Below the pieces are notes generated by a model. The model was not told where the DNA came from. It ran no database searches and saw only the letters and a list, made by a program, of their open reading frames with translations. Position numbers and translations under genes: made by a program. DNA of 64,000 nt, taken from the NCBI GenBank assembly GCA_050251945.1, contig JBFWLW010000001.1, positions 480,001 to 544,000 of the forward strand, written 5' to 3'. Numbering within the stretch: position 1 is the first letter of the stretch; every line of letters begins with the position of its first letter. Of the stretch, positions 46,730-57,080 are shown one piece after another. The stretch is from Deferribacterales bacterium (GTDB lineage Bacteria > Chrysiogenota > Deferribacteres > Deferribacterales > Geovibrionaceae).

Positions 46730-48691
46730 ATGCCCGTCATCATTATCGAATCACCAAACAAAGTTAAAAAGCTGGCTGCCATATCGCATATGCGTGTTCT
46801 ACCCACAGTTGGACACTTTAAGGACCTGCCACAAACAGGACTCGGTATTGACACTCAGAACAACTACTCACCGACATTCGTTGTTTCCCCGGATAAAAAA
46901 GACATACTCGACAAAATCAAAACGGCTTGCCGCGGAGAAACCGTTTATATTGCATCCGACCCGGATCGTGAAGGGTTTGCAATCGGCACGATGGTATATG
47001 AAGAAATTAAAAAGACAGCGCAGGATATCTGGCGGCTTGAAATACACGAAATAACCGAAACAGGTTTCAAACAGGCCATGGAGTCCAAAGTCCTATTCGA
47101 AAGAACAAACGCTGGACTGTTCAATGCATTTCTCGGCCGCAGAGTCTCTGACAGAATTGTCGGGTATACACTCTCCCCTATTACCTCGAACGCGATAGGC
47201 GCAACATACTCGGTGGGACGAGTTCAGTCTCCAGCAGTGCGGCTTGTTGCTGACAGAGAGAATGAGATAGCCAACTTTCAGTCTCATCCATTCTGGACAA
47301 TTAATATAATTCTGGAAAAGGACGGCACCACTTTCACAGCGACAGACGTGGAAGGTCATTACGACTACAAACAAGAAGCCGAAGAAGCTCTTCAGCTGAT
47401 ACAAGCTGATCACGCCATCTGCATCAAAGCTGAAAAAAAGGAAACACAGTCAAAGCCTAAAGCACCCTTCACAACCGTAGACCTACAGGCCGCTGCCGGC
47501 ACTCAACTGAAGATAAGTCCGGAACGTACCATGCAACTTGCCCAACAGCTCTTCGAGGCAGGACTCATTACCTACCACAGAACAGACAGTGTTCGGATAT
47601 CTTCTGAATTCATCACTGAAATCCGAGATCTCATCACTCAGGAATATGGACAAAAATATCTGCCGGCATCACCACATCAACACAAATCCAAAAACTCTCA
47701 GGCTGATGCGCACGAGGGTATCCGCCCCACTCACATTCATGCGGCGTCAGAGTGCAACTCTGTTGTTTGCTCTGAAGGACTTGGTGATGAACACCTGAAG
47801 CTGTATGAGCTGATCTTTAAAAGAACTGTTTCATCACAGATGAGTGCTGCTATCTACTACAGAACAGATTACATTTTCAAAGTACCTCACAAAGGCTTGA
47901 GCGGCGGAGGTTACGATTTTAAAGCATCCGGTAAGACTTTAGTATTTGACGGATATCTCAGACTCTGGAGAGAACAGGAAGAGAGTGAGGAAGAAAATAA
48001 CCAGCTTCCGGATATCGCACTCAATGAAACGGTCAAAAAGCTCAATACGGAGCTGAAAGAAGGCTCTACAAAACCACCGAGCCGGTTCACTGAACCGACA
48101 CTGATTAAAAAGTTGGAAGAACTCGGAATAGGTAGACCCAGCACATATGCCTCAATCATCGGAACCATCAAAAAAAGGAAATATGTGAAAATTGAAAAAG
48201 GCAAACTTGTTGCAACCCCTGAAGGGATAAAACTCTCAGAGTTTCTCAAAGCAAATCATCCGTGGGTTACTGACTACTCGATGACAAAGCAGATGGAAGC
48301 GTATCTTGACGAAGTAGAAGCTGGCAAAAAAGAGTGGCAGCCCATGGTCAGAGATATCCACAGCAAAGTTGGTTTTCATGTATCAGAAAACCGTACCGCA
48401 GGAAAACCTTCAGAGAAGCAGCTTGAGTACGCTCACAAACTGTCAGAAAGAACCGGAATAAATATTCCTCAAGAAGCGTTAGAAAATTCATACCTGTTGA
48501 CAAAATACATAGACAACGCAAAAAAGGTTGTAGACAAAGAATATAGAGACCAAAAGCACTCAAAACCTCTTTCAGAAAAACAACTTGCAATAATTCAGAA
48601 AAATGCACCTGACATCTTTAAAAAGGTGCAAACAGGTGACCTGAAAGCCGGACACACCTTCCTCGATAAATTTTTCAAAAAGAAGCACTGA
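46730..48691 (+). CDS. Type IA DNA topoisomerase (mobile-element type)
   Basis: IIESPNK, ASDPDREG, SVGRVQS, ITYHRTDS, AHEGIRPT, GIGRPSTYA. Confidence 0.95.
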   Translation: MPVIIIESPNKVKKLAAISHMRVLPTVGHFKDLPQTGLGIDTQNNYSPTFVVSPDKKDILDKIKTACRGETVYIASDPDREGFAIGTMVYEEIKKTAQDIWRLEIHEITETGFKQAMESKVLFERTNAGLFNAFLGRRVSDRIVGYTLSPITSNAIGATYSVGRVQSPAVRLVADRENEIANFQSHPFWTINIILEKDGTTFTATDVEGHYDYKQEAEEALQLIQADHAICIKAEKKETQSKPKAPFTTVDLQAAAGTQLKISPERTMQLAQQLFEAGLITYHRTDSVRISSEFITEIRDLITQEYGQKYLPASPHQHKSKNSQADAHEGIRPTHIHAASECNSVVCSEGLGDEHLKLYELIFKRTVSSQMSAAIYYRTDYIFKVPHKGLSGGGYDFKASGKTLVFDGYLRLWREQEESEEENNQLPDIALNETVKKLNTELKEGSTKPPSRFTEPTLIKKLEELGIGRPSTYASIIGTIKKRKYVKIEKGKLVATPEGIKLSEFLKANHPWVTDYSMTKQMEAYLDEVEAGKKEWQPMVRDIHSKVGFHVSENRTAGKPSEKQLEYAHKLSERTGINIPQEALENSYLLTKYIDNAKKVVDKEYRDQKHSKPLSEKQLAIIQKNAPDIFKKVQTGDLKAGHTFLDKFFKKKH

Positions 48692-48697
48692 AGGTAT

Positions 48698-48716
48698 TTA
48701 CCCTCGCTGACATTTA
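48698..48716 (+). promoter_or_regulatory. ICE operon-upstream motif (copy 2)
   Basis: TTACCCTCGCTGACATTTA, 31 nt before the pilin ATG. Confidence 0.7.
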
Positions 48717-48747
48717 TAAGGCAGAAAATTTTCTGTGGAGGTATCTC

Positions 48748-49047
48748 ATGTTCAAGAAAATCACAGTCATAGGTCTTCTGCTGCTCATCGCAGGTTCCGC
48801 ATCCGCTTACACCGTTCCGGTTTCCGGCGCTCTTGCATATACCGTGTACGATATCGTGATAAACAAAATCATCGGCGGTCCCATTGGCTACACTGCGGCA
48901 GGAGGACTTGTCACGTATGGTGCGTATGCATTCGGCACTGGTGCGCAAGGCGGCACTGGCACTGCGATCAAAGCAATTACGGCGGGGGGAACTATAGGTG
49001 CACTTGCGCTTATAGTCGCGTCTCTCGGAGCTGTTTATTATTTATGA
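48748..49047 (+). CDS. traA: Conjugative pilin
   Basis: Signal peptide plus two hydrophobic helices; first gene of the tra operon; GGAGG RBS. Confidence 0.7.
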   Translation: MFKKITVIGLLLLIAGSASAYTVPVSGALAYTVYDIVINKIIGGPIGYTAAGGLVTYGAYAFGTGAQGGTGTAIKAITAGGTIGALALIVASLGAVYYL

Positions 49048-49313
49048 AAGCCATAATTCCGCAATACATGCACAAGCCTAACAAGATTAAATTCCTGGAT
49101 ACCGATGAATTTATGTTCATCCTGAACGCTATATTCTTAGGAATTTTCTTGCGCAGCGTAATCATGTTTTTTGCAGGACTCGGTATATTTTGGTTTTACA
49201 GAAAGGGTAAATCAAAATATCCGCGCGGCTTTTTCAAGCATTTGCCACACATCATGGGCATCAGGAATTTCCAGTATTTTTCTGATATTTTCGTAAAGCA
49301 TTTTAAGGAATAA
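49044..49313 (+). CDS. traL: Conjugal transfer protein TraL
   Basis: MKAIIPQYMHKPNKIKFLDTDEF...YRKGKSKYPRGFFKH; between pilin and traE. Confidence 0.8.
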   Translation: MKAIIPQYMHKPNKIKFLDTDEFMFILNAIFLGIFLRSVIMFFAGLGIFWFYRKGKSKYPRGFFKHLPHIMGIRNFQYFSDIFVKHFKE

Positions 49314-49316
49314 CAA

Positions 49317-49877
49317 ATGATATTCAGGAAATATGTAAGCAGCGCTTCAAACCTGTTCGCTGAAAACCGTTTAGCTAAATTCATAATTATAGTCCTCATA
49401 GCGGTTATAGTGAGTCAGCAGTATATGCTACGGACGGCATTCAGCGAACATCCGGTGTTTTTGATACCCGCAGGGGGGTGGGTCAAGGGTAAAGTGTCTG
49501 TTTCAGCCACAACACTTGACCCTCTTTACCTGAACGGGTTTGGAACATATGTTGTCTCTTTGCTCTATTCTTTCACCCCAGCTGACGTACAAGGCAAATA
49601 TAAAGAACTGACAACATTGCTCGCTCCGGATGCATACGCTTCATTATCCGCCATTCTGTTGAAAAAAGCGGAAAACTACAAAGACAACGACGTATCCAAT
49701 ACAGCAAATATCGTCGGTATCACATTGCTTTCAAAACCGGATGTGATTGAAATTAAGACTGAAGTTACCAAATTCATCACATCAGAAAGAATCGAATCAA
49801 AACAAATCAAAATCAGGATTGCATACGCCGTCGATAACGGTCTCCCAAAAATAACAAAAATCGAAGAGGTAAAATAG
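49317..49877 (+). CDS. traE: Conjugal transfer protein TraE
   Basis: N-terminal TM, LIP, YL..F..Y, FTP; synteny. Confidence 0.8.
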   Translation: MIFRKYVSSASNLFAENRLAKFIIIVLIAVIVSQQYMLRTAFSEHPVFLIPAGGWVKGKVSVSATTLDPLYLNGFGTYVVSLLYSFTPADVQGKYKELTTLLAPDAYASLSAILLKKAENYKDNDVSNTANIVGITLLSKPDVIEIKTEVTKFITSERIESKQIKIRIAYAVDNGLPKITKIEEVK

Positions 49878-50593
49878 TGCGATTTATCATATTAACACTC
49901 CTCTTATCGTCTGCCACAGCCTTTGCGGCTGTTACGGGAATAGAGCCGGAAATACCTGCGAAGGTCGAGTTATCATCTATAGATCTGAATCGTATAGTTT
50001 GCCCGAACCAAACATCGGTAACAAATATTGCTGATTCGGCAGAAAAAGGTCTGCAACTCAAAGCATCCGGCGAAAACTTGTTTGTTAAGTTCCCGGTAAT
50101 TGAAACTGAAAACGGATTCAAGAAGGAACGTGTCTATTACAACGGAGTGGCTGAGATTTTCATGACATGCGGAAACTCTGTCTATTCGCTGATACTTTCC
50201 GCAAAAAAGATTCCGGGGCAAACCGTATACTTGTCTGGTACTGCTTCAGATATGAAAAAGGCAAACGAATATGTTACAGCTAAAAGCGATGACGATCTCA
50301 TGCTGGATCTCATCGACGCAATAATCAACAACAGAATACCGAAAGGATTCAGACTAAAAGAAACTGAGCTCATCGAAGAATACAAAGGCATTTCAATTTC
50401 ATCAACAAAAGAACTCGTTGGCGGCGGATACCGCGTTCGCGAACTTGTACTGAAATCTGATAAACAGGTCAGTATCACGGATCTCGAACTCATCAAGTTG
50501 AAAATACTTAAAAACGTTAAGGCGGTTGCGATAACCTCTCCGGTATTCGTAGGTGTCACAACCGGCTATGTGGTTGAAGGCGTAGTGAAATGA
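49877..50593 (+). CDS. traK: Conjugal transfer protein TraK
   Basis: Signal peptide, LSSIDLNRI, YSLIL...IPGQTV.L; synteny. Confidence 0.78.
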   Translation: MRFIILTLLLSSATAFAAVTGIEPEIPAKVELSSIDLNRIVCPNQTSVTNIADSAEKGLQLKASGENLFVKFPVIETENGFKKERVYYNGVAEIFMTCGNSVYSLILSAKKIPGQTVYLSGTASDMKKANEYVTAKSDDDLMLDLIDAIINNRIPKGFRLKETELIEEYKGISISSTKELVGGGYRVRELVLKSDKQVSITDLELIKLKILKNVKAVAITSPVFVGVTTGYVVEGVVK

Positions 50594-51828
50594 AACTAAA
50601 AGAACGTTTTGATGCGCTTGATAAGAAGCATAAGAAAACTATTGTCAAAATAATCATTGGCATTGTGATTGTTATTATTCTTGCAATGATGTGGCAGGCA
50701 TCCGGTATAAAAAAAGATGCGAAGGTCATACAGGAACAGGAGACTGTAGAAAACACTGATTTCAGTGCTGACGATAAAGAAAACAGCATTCGTATCGCCA
50801 TTGATAAAAAGATCAACAAGTCTGAGAAAATGAATGAAGACCGCTGGACGGATATCGTTAAACGTGTCCAAGCCATAGAATCCAACAGTCAAAATGCGCC
50901 TCAAAGCCCTGAAACACAAAACGAAGCATTACCTAAAGGAAGTATTGAGAATGTGAATAACGGACAAGAAAGACCTCCGCTGTTCAATGACCTCAAAGAT
51001 GTACCTAAGCCTGAGACCAAACAGGCGTACCCTACATCGCCGGAACAATATCAGCAGAATAATATCGGGCAAGCTCCCAAAAAGCCCACAGAAACTATGA
51101 TATCAAAAATCGGATTTACCGAAATATCAGTTCCGGAAGAAAAGAAAACCGCCGAAACAGAGGTCAAAAAGAAAAAGAACTGGATACCGTCAAACAGTAT
51201 ATTCAAAGCGATGCTTGTAACAGGCGTGTATGCACCAACGATGGCCGCCGGGAAACAATCTCCATACCCAGTCATTTTACGTTTGACAGAGGAGTCTTTT
51301 CTGCCTTCAGGCGTGAGCAAAAATCTCAAAGGATGCTATGTAGGCGGTGAAGCATACGGAACTCTGTCAGACGAACGAGTACATATCCGTCTTCTCAACC
51401 TGTCATGCATAAGTTCAGACAACCAAAAAATAGTAGATGTCCCCATAGATGGTTATGTTCAGGGAGAGGATAACATAGTCGGTCTGGCAGGTCGTGTTGT
51501 AACTAAGCAGGGACAGGTTATGACAGCCGCTTTTGTTGCCTCATTTCTGCAAGGCATGGGACAAGCATTTTCACTCGCAAATCAGACGACAACAGTATCA
51601 GCTCTTGGCGGAACGACAACAGCAATATCAGGATCTGACATAGCCAAATATGGCGCCGGTTCCGGATTTGCCGAAAGTTTTAAAATGCTCTCTGAATACT
51701 ACATGGATCTATTAAAAGAGGCTAAGCCCGTTATCGAGGTACTGGGCGGCAGGGATGAAGTCGAAGTTGTAATAAAAAAAGGTGTTGAAATCACGACAGA
51801 GGGTTGGGAATGGGAAGATATCTATTAA
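50590..51828 (+). CDS. traB: Conjugal transfer protein TraB (VirB10-like)
   Basis: GC...GEAYGTLSDERVHIRL..LSC, DNIVGLAGRVVTKQG, PVIEV. Confidence 0.88.
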   Translation: MKLKERFDALDKKHKKTIVKIIIGIVIVIILAMMWQASGIKKDAKVIQEQETVENTDFSADDKENSIRIAIDKKINKSEKMNEDRWTDIVKRVQAIESNSQNAPQSPETQNEALPKGSIENVNNGQERPPLFNDLKDVPKPETKQAYPTSPEQYQQNNIGQAPKKPTETMISKIGFTEISVPEEKKTAETEVKKKKNWIPSNSIFKAMLVTGVYAPTMAAGKQSPYPVILRLTEESFLPSGVSKNLKGCYVGGEAYGTLSDERVHIRLLNLSCISSDNQKIVDVPIDGYVQGEDNIVGLAGRVVTKQGQVMTAAFVASFLQGMGQAFSLANQTTTVSALGGTTTAISGSDIAKYGAGSGFAESFKMLSEYYMDLLKEAKPVIEVLGGRDEVEVVIKKGVEITTEGWEWEDIY

Positions 51829-52364
51829 TTATCATAGTATTAGTTACAGGCATATTAACATCCGGCTGTGTTTACGAATCAAACTTCAGCTGCGAAAAAT
51901 ACAGAAACGCCGGGAAAGCGTGTACTCCGGCATCAAAGAACATCGAGTACGCTATTGCCAACGACGGAAAAGAAAAAAAAGATATTGATACTGCACCAGA
52001 GAAAGTTAAGGAAATTCTCGATAAAGAGCTTTTTGTCAAATGCGAACAGGATGAGCCGTGTTCATATAAACCGGCTCCTCAGAAGTACGTTTTCGTTGAT
52101 GAAGAGGCAAAAAACTATATCGAATACAAAACCAACGAAAACAGCATTAAAGCCGATGAATTGACAAGTTACAGCATCAAGATCAATGCGGACAATACAC
52201 CAGTTACGACAAAACCGAAAACACTACGGGTTACAATCCTCCCGTACCAGGATAAAAAAGGACGTCTGAACATGATAAAGCGTGTCCACATGATCATTCA
52301 GAAGCCTGAATGGATCATTGGAGACTATCTCATAGTCGATGAAACTATAAAGCTGAAGGATTAA
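51804..52364 (+). CDS. traV: Conjugal transfer lipoprotein TraV
   Basis: Lipobox LTSGC, FSC..C, LRVTILPYQD..G.L...W. Confidence 0.8.
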   Translation: MGMGRYLLIIIVLVTGILTSGCVYESNFSCEKYRNAGKACTPASKNIEYAIANDGKEKKDIDTAPEKVKEILDKELFVKCEQDEPCSYKPAPQKYVFVDEEAKNYIEYKTNENSIKADELTSYSIKINADNTPVTTKPKTLRVTILPYQDKKGRLNMIKRVHMIIQKPEWIIGDYLIVDETIKLKD

Positions 52365-52366
52365 GG

Positions 52367-55147
52367 ATGTTTGGGTTAATCAATAAAGCTCTGTTCGGAG
52401 AACACGGCGGATTAAAACGATCAGACATAGACATAACACGGGACAAGTTTTCAACGTTGTTTCCTTGGGTGTCATACGATCCGGACGACAAATTCTATTT
52501 TCTTCGAGATAACTCAGTGGGTTGGATATGGGAATGCTCGCCCATGTTATTTGCTGATGACAATACGTTTAATATGATTAAAGGCATAATGAGAAATAAG
52601 TTTCCCAGCCAGTCAGTTATTCAATTCAGTCTGTACGCTGATCCATTTATTGCTCCAATTCTCGATAGGTATAAAAAGCTCAGATACGCAAATAAAAATA
52701 TTTCAGACATCCATATGGCATCCACAGACAACTATGCTAACTTTCTGGAAAAAAGCACAGAAGGCATGTGGCAACTCTCTGGAACACCCGTAAGAAATTA
52801 CCGGCTATTCTTATCAGTCAAAATACCAATCAAGGTTGATGTAACATCATCCCCTGATTCTTTTATAAAAGAGGTAAAAAGCTATACCGACATAATCTCA
52901 AATATCCAGGAGAGCCTGAAGATTTTGAGCCCGCACAACATGGCTCCCTCTGACCTTATCACTCTTATGTACAGAATCACAAATCCGGATCTTGATCCTC
53001 ATAAATATGTTGAATGGAACGAAGATAAACCAATTCATAAACAGATTATTTTTGCAGATACGGAAATCGAAAGAAGAAAGGATTCTATCAGATTCGGCAA
53101 CACATATGCGGGAGTATTGACACCTAAAAACCTTCCCCGCCAGATTGATAACTTATTTTCAAACGATATGATAGGCTTTATCAGCAAAGGTTCGACTGCC
53201 ATTGAAAACGATATAAATCAGATTCAGTGCCCGTTCATCTACACAGTCAATATAACTTATGATCACGGACTTAAAACAAAATTCAACGCAAAAGCGTTAC
53301 ATAACAGTAAATTGCAACAGGGAGCTGCAAGAGAAAACTCTATGGGCAGCATGGTGGAGACATCCAATAGACAACAGGAAAACTTTTGGGTCACACAGCA
53401 ATATGCAGATGGTAACATGTTTCTTCGAGTCATTCCTCAGCTCATTCTTTTTGAAAACTCTGAAGAAGAGCTAATGACATCTATGAACAGAGTAAAATCA
53501 GTATGGGATGTTTGCGGAGTGGACAGCCAGAGAGAACGTGATTATCTAGCTCATGTGATGTTTGTTGCCGGACTCCCGTTGGGATTATATGCATCCAACG
53601 TTCAGGAACTTGATAGAGATTTTCCTGTCGAAACAACGGGCGCTGCGCTTTTGTCACCGATTCAGGCATCGTTTGCAGGAGTAGGCGAACCGAACCTGCT
53701 TTATATAGACCGCCGCGGGCAACTTGTTTCTCTTGATATCTTCAGAACCGGCAGCAATAAGAACTTCTTTGTTACAGGCGGAACCGGAGCGGGCAAATCG
53801 TTTTTCATGAACGACTTCGTTAACAGCTACATGGGTGTCGGAGCAAAATTCAGGATAGTCACTGTTTGCGACAGCTATCGCAAATCAGCATATCTGAATG
53901 ACGGACAGTATATCGAGCACGAAGAAAAAGGGATGGTAGTTAATTTCTTCGAGGAAGCGGGAACTAAAACCGGAGTGCTGACACAGGATGTAGTTACTAA
54001 CGAAATCAGTTTGTCAGCCGGTGATGTAGTTGATATTGCCGATGAAAATGAGCAATTCTGTAAGATTATCATAGATAAAGGAGACACAGACGAAATATAT
54101 ATAATTCCGCCTCAGGAATTTACAAATATAACCTACAGCCTTGATGGCGACTCCTTGAATATGCTCACCGGAATTCTGGCATCTATGGCAACATCCAGAT
54201 CTGGGGAAAAACTGGATGAAGATGAACTCACTATACTTGAAACGGCAATCGAACACGCTTTTGCGAAAAAAAACAGAACAAGCAAAATTGATGACGTAAT
54301 TGAGTATCTTGAAAATATTGAACAGCATATCGGAGAAGATCCTCGTAGCCAATTCCACATAAACACCGCTTTTAAACTCGCCATCCGGCTCATAAAATAT
54401 TCGTCTATCGGGCAATATGGAAAATATTTCAACGGCAAAAGCACAATATCGTTTAAGTCTGATCTCGTCGTAGTAGACCTTACAAAAACACCGGAAGATC
54501 TTAGAAAAGTCTTCGTGCTGGCATTCGCAAACATCATAGAAAGAGAAATATACAAAGGGGATAGAAAGACACCCATTTTCGTTGTACTTGACGAAAGCTG
54601 GCAGACGCTTTCAGAAAACCCATATGCGCGGAAGTTTGTCGAAGGATTATACCGCAAGGCAAGGAAGTATAACGCATCTATCGGTATCGTCACTCAGTCT
54701 CTCCATGACTTGTACGAAAAAGGGAAACTTGGTCTGCTAGGCGACGTAATCAGAAGCCAAAGTGATTTCAGCTTCGCGCTGAAAGACAAAAACTTTGCCT
54801 TTGCATATGAAAACGGCATTCTTGATATCTCAGAATTTGAATATCAGATGCTCGTTGCAAAAATTCCGGCAAGATCACAGCCGAAGTATTCCGAAATATA
54901 TCTCAGAACCCCCTACGGGGATACTATAGTAAGGTTGATTGTTGATGAATATAAATACTTTGTAAACACATCTGATCCTGACGATTTCCTTTTTATCAAA
55001 AAAATATCCGAGCAGTATCAGGCTGAAGGTATGGCTAGAAAGGATGCCATGAAAAAAGCTGTAAACAGATGTGTTGAGATTGCAAAAGGAAAAGGCGGAA
55101 TAGGCGGATATCGTGAATATTTAAATACCTTGCTTAAAGCAAGTTAA
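52367..55147 (+). CDS. traC: Conjugal transfer ATPase TraC (VirB4-like)
   Basis: GGTGAGKSF, VLDESW, YRKARKYNA, VTQS. Confidence 0.92.
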   Translation: MFGLINKALFGEHGGLKRSDIDITRDKFSTLFPWVSYDPDDKFYFLRDNSVGWIWECSPMLFADDNTFNMIKGIMRNKFPSQSVIQFSLYADPFIAPILDRYKKLRYANKNISDIHMASTDNYANFLEKSTEGMWQLSGTPVRNYRLFLSVKIPIKVDVTSSPDSFIKEVKSYTDIISNIQESLKILSPHNMAPSDLITLMYRITNPDLDPHKYVEWNEDKPIHKQIIFADTEIERRKDSIRFGNTYAGVLTPKNLPRQIDNLFSNDMIGFISKGSTAIENDINQIQCPFIYTVNITYDHGLKTKFNAKALHNSKLQQGAARENSMGSMVETSNRQQENFWVTQQYADGNMFLRVIPQLILFENSEEELMTSMNRVKSVWDVCGVDSQRERDYLAHVMFVAGLPLGLYASNVQELDRDFPVETTGAALLSPIQASFAGVGEPNLLYIDRRGQLVSLDIFRTGSNKNFFVTGGTGAGKSFFMNDFVNSYMGVGAKFRIVTVCDSYRKSAYLNDGQYIEHEEKGMVVNFFEEAGTKTGVLTQDVVTNEISLSAGDVVDIADENEQFCKIIIDKGDTDEIYIIPPQEFTNITYSLDGDSLNMLTGILASMATSRSGEKLDEDELTILETAIEHAFAKKNRTSKIDDVIEYLENIEQHIGEDPRSQFHINTAFKLAIRLIKYSSIGQYGKYFNGKSTISFKSDLVVVDLTKTPEDLRKVFVLAFANIIEREIYKGDRKTPIFVVLDESWQTLSENPYARKFVEGLYRKARKYNASIGIVTQSLHDLYEKGKLGLLGDVIRSQSDFSFALKDKNFAFAYENGILDISEFEYQMLVAKIPARSQPKYSEIYLRTPYGDTIVRLIVDEYKYFVNTSDPDDFLFIKKISEQYQAEGMARKDAMKKAVNRCVEIAKGKGGIGGYREYLNTLLKAS

Positions 55148-55157
55148 GGGAAAACAG

Positions 55158-55481
55158 ATGAGTATCAAATCAATAGTAACATTTATCGTATTCTCATTAT
55201 TGGTCTCGTTATCAACTCTTTATATTTATGACAAATACTATGTCAAAAAAAGATACATAGCATTTGCAGACATCTCAACAATACAGGCAGATATGCTGAT
55301 AGAGTCGCTTTCTAACAGCGTCTACAGAAAAGAGATAACCATTGAAGATTTTGAAAATAAAATCAGAAATATGCGCGAAAGAGTAAACCAGAAGCCAGGA
55401 ATAATCCTTGAGCAGAGAGCCGTTATAAAAGGTTTTGGGAAAGATATAACTCCTGAATTTGAGGACATAATCAGAAAATGA
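55158..55481 (+). CDS. TrbI-like small bitopic protein
   Basis: N-terminal TM; position between traC and traW; AVI...DIT. Confidence 0.55.
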   Translation: MSIKSIVTFIVFSLLVSLSTLYIYDKYYVKKRYIAFADISTIQADMLIESLSNSVYRKEITIEDFENKIRNMRERVNQKPGIILEQRAVIKGFGKDITPEFEDIIRK

Positions 55482-56134
55482 AAACGGTAGCAATCTGCTT
55501 TTTATTTTTAATGTTTAATGCTGCATATGCTAAAGATCTGGGCACTGTAGGCACAACATATCCCATTGCGGAAAAAGATATGATGTCAGAAATAGAGGCA
55601 AGGGCTGCCAGCGTTGACTGGAAATCAATTATTGCCAAAGAAAAAGAAAACGTAAAAAAAACAGCTGCAAAAGCAGACACAAATATTCAGGCAGCAGACA
55701 TGAACAAAACATACTATCTCGATATGACATATATGCTCGATCACGATATCTATTCATATAACACTGCCGGAGAAATTACAGGTGTTTTATATCCAAAAGG
55801 TTTCATTTATAACCCTCTCGATTACATTCAAACCAAAGAAATCTACGTTATACTCAACGGCAAACGAAAAAGTGAAGTTGAGTGGTTTAAGAAAAAATAT
55901 GCATTATCGCCACTTGTATACCCACTGATAACTGAAGGTAATGCAAGAGAGATTGCAGAGGACATAGGACGCCCAGTTTCCGTTCTCCGAGATAATATGA
56001 AAGAACTTTTTAAAATAGAAAAAACTATCAGCGTTGTTTATCCGGAAGGGAGACAGTTGAGAGTTGATGAAATTATGGTGAAAGATGAGAAAAATCCTTC
56101 TAAGTCTGCTGTTAGTAATAATCAGCACAAATAA
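55478..56134 (+). CDS. traW: Conjugal transfer protein TraW
   Basis: DLGTVGTTYPIAEKD, G.LYPKG..YNPLD. Confidence 0.85.
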   Translation: MKTVAICFLFLMFNAAYAKDLGTVGTTYPIAEKDMMSEIEARAASVDWKSIIAKEKENVKKTAAKADTNIQAADMNKTYYLDMTYMLDHDIYSYNTAGEITGVLYPKGFIYNPLDYIQTKEIYVILNGKRKSEVEWFKKKYALSPLVYPLITEGNAREIAEDIGRPVSVLRDNMKELFKIEKTISVVYPEGRQLRVDEIMVKDEKNPSKSAVSNNQHK

Positions 56135-57080
56135 TGCTTTGGCTGTATGCGCAGGTCCACCTCTTGACCCGATATCACGTGTCAGGTGGAACTGTGTACT
56201 TCCAATCTCAATTGCAGGGATTCCATGGGGAACATCAGGAAATCCATTAGCAGACTCTGCAGATAAAAATGCCGGCGTAGGAACGCAATTGCCTGTATGT
56301 ATTTGCAAGGATCCCCTTCCTCGTATAGGTATAACTCTCGGCTACAGAGAACCGATCCGTCTGATAGAGTCTGTAAAGGATCCGTGGTGCTTTCCCAGTC
56401 TAGGATTTGGCATGAGCCAGACCGTATGGGGTGGCGGTTCAAAAGGACCGACCTCCGGTCCAAAAGGCGACTTTACAAACACTCATATGTTTGTTTTCGT
56501 CCCATGGTCGTTTATGGAGTTATTTACCGACCTTATATGCCTGCAGGGTGATTTTAAAGGCTGGTCTCTGGCATATACATCGGAAGTTGACATAACTTCA
56601 AGATCGGACACAGCAGCTCTGCTGCTTAATCCTGAAGCCGTTTTGTTTGCAAACCCTATCGCTATTATGGCCTGTGAAATACCTGATGCTATTGCGACAG
56701 TAGCTGAATACACCATCCCGCCTCTTTACTGGTGCGCAGGGAACCATGCAATCTTCCCTTTGAGTAATAATCAGGTGAGTAAAACAAATTTTACCGAAGC
56801 GGCTGAAGTAAATGCATCTAAAACTATTTTTAAAATGCATCGGGAGTTACAGCTCTGGGGGAGTATTGGCAACCAGGGACTCTGTGGCATGTATCCTATG
56901 CCTATCTGGAACAAAATGCAGTATCGGCTTCAAACTGCCATGCCGGTTCCTGATTACTACTGCCGGCGTCTCGGACAGCCGTCTCTTATTTGGAACAGGT
57001 TTCTAAATCCACCGACTGCTCCTGGACAGGATAATATGGTATTTCTACTTTGGAGGAAAAGAGATTGCTGCGCATTTTAA
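56085..57080 (+). CDS. traU: Conjugal transfer protein TraU
   Basis: WNCVLPISIAG, CIC, EPIRLIE..PWCFP, LYWCAG, LWRKRDCC. Confidence 0.92.
   Translation: MRKILLSLLLVIISTNNALAVCAGPPLDPISRVRWNCVLPISIAGIPWGTSGNPLADSADKNAGVGTQLPVCICKDPLPRIGITLGYREPIRLIESVKDPWCFPSLGFGMSQTVWGGGSKGPTSGPKGDFTNTHMFVFVPWSFMELFTDLICLQGDFKGWSLAYTSEVDITSRSDTAALLLNPEAVLFANPIAIMACEIPDAIATVAEYTIPPLYWCAGNHAIFPLSNNQVSKTNFTEAAEVNASKTIFKMHRELQLWGSIGNQGLCGMYPMPIWNKMQYRLQTAMPVPDYYCRRLGQPSLIWNRFLNPPTAPGQDNMVFLLWRKRDCCAF

Noticed and set aside
48735..49313. 192-aa ORF from the track
   Set aside because: Its 5' part overlaps the pilin in another frame; the real gene is traL starting at 49044.
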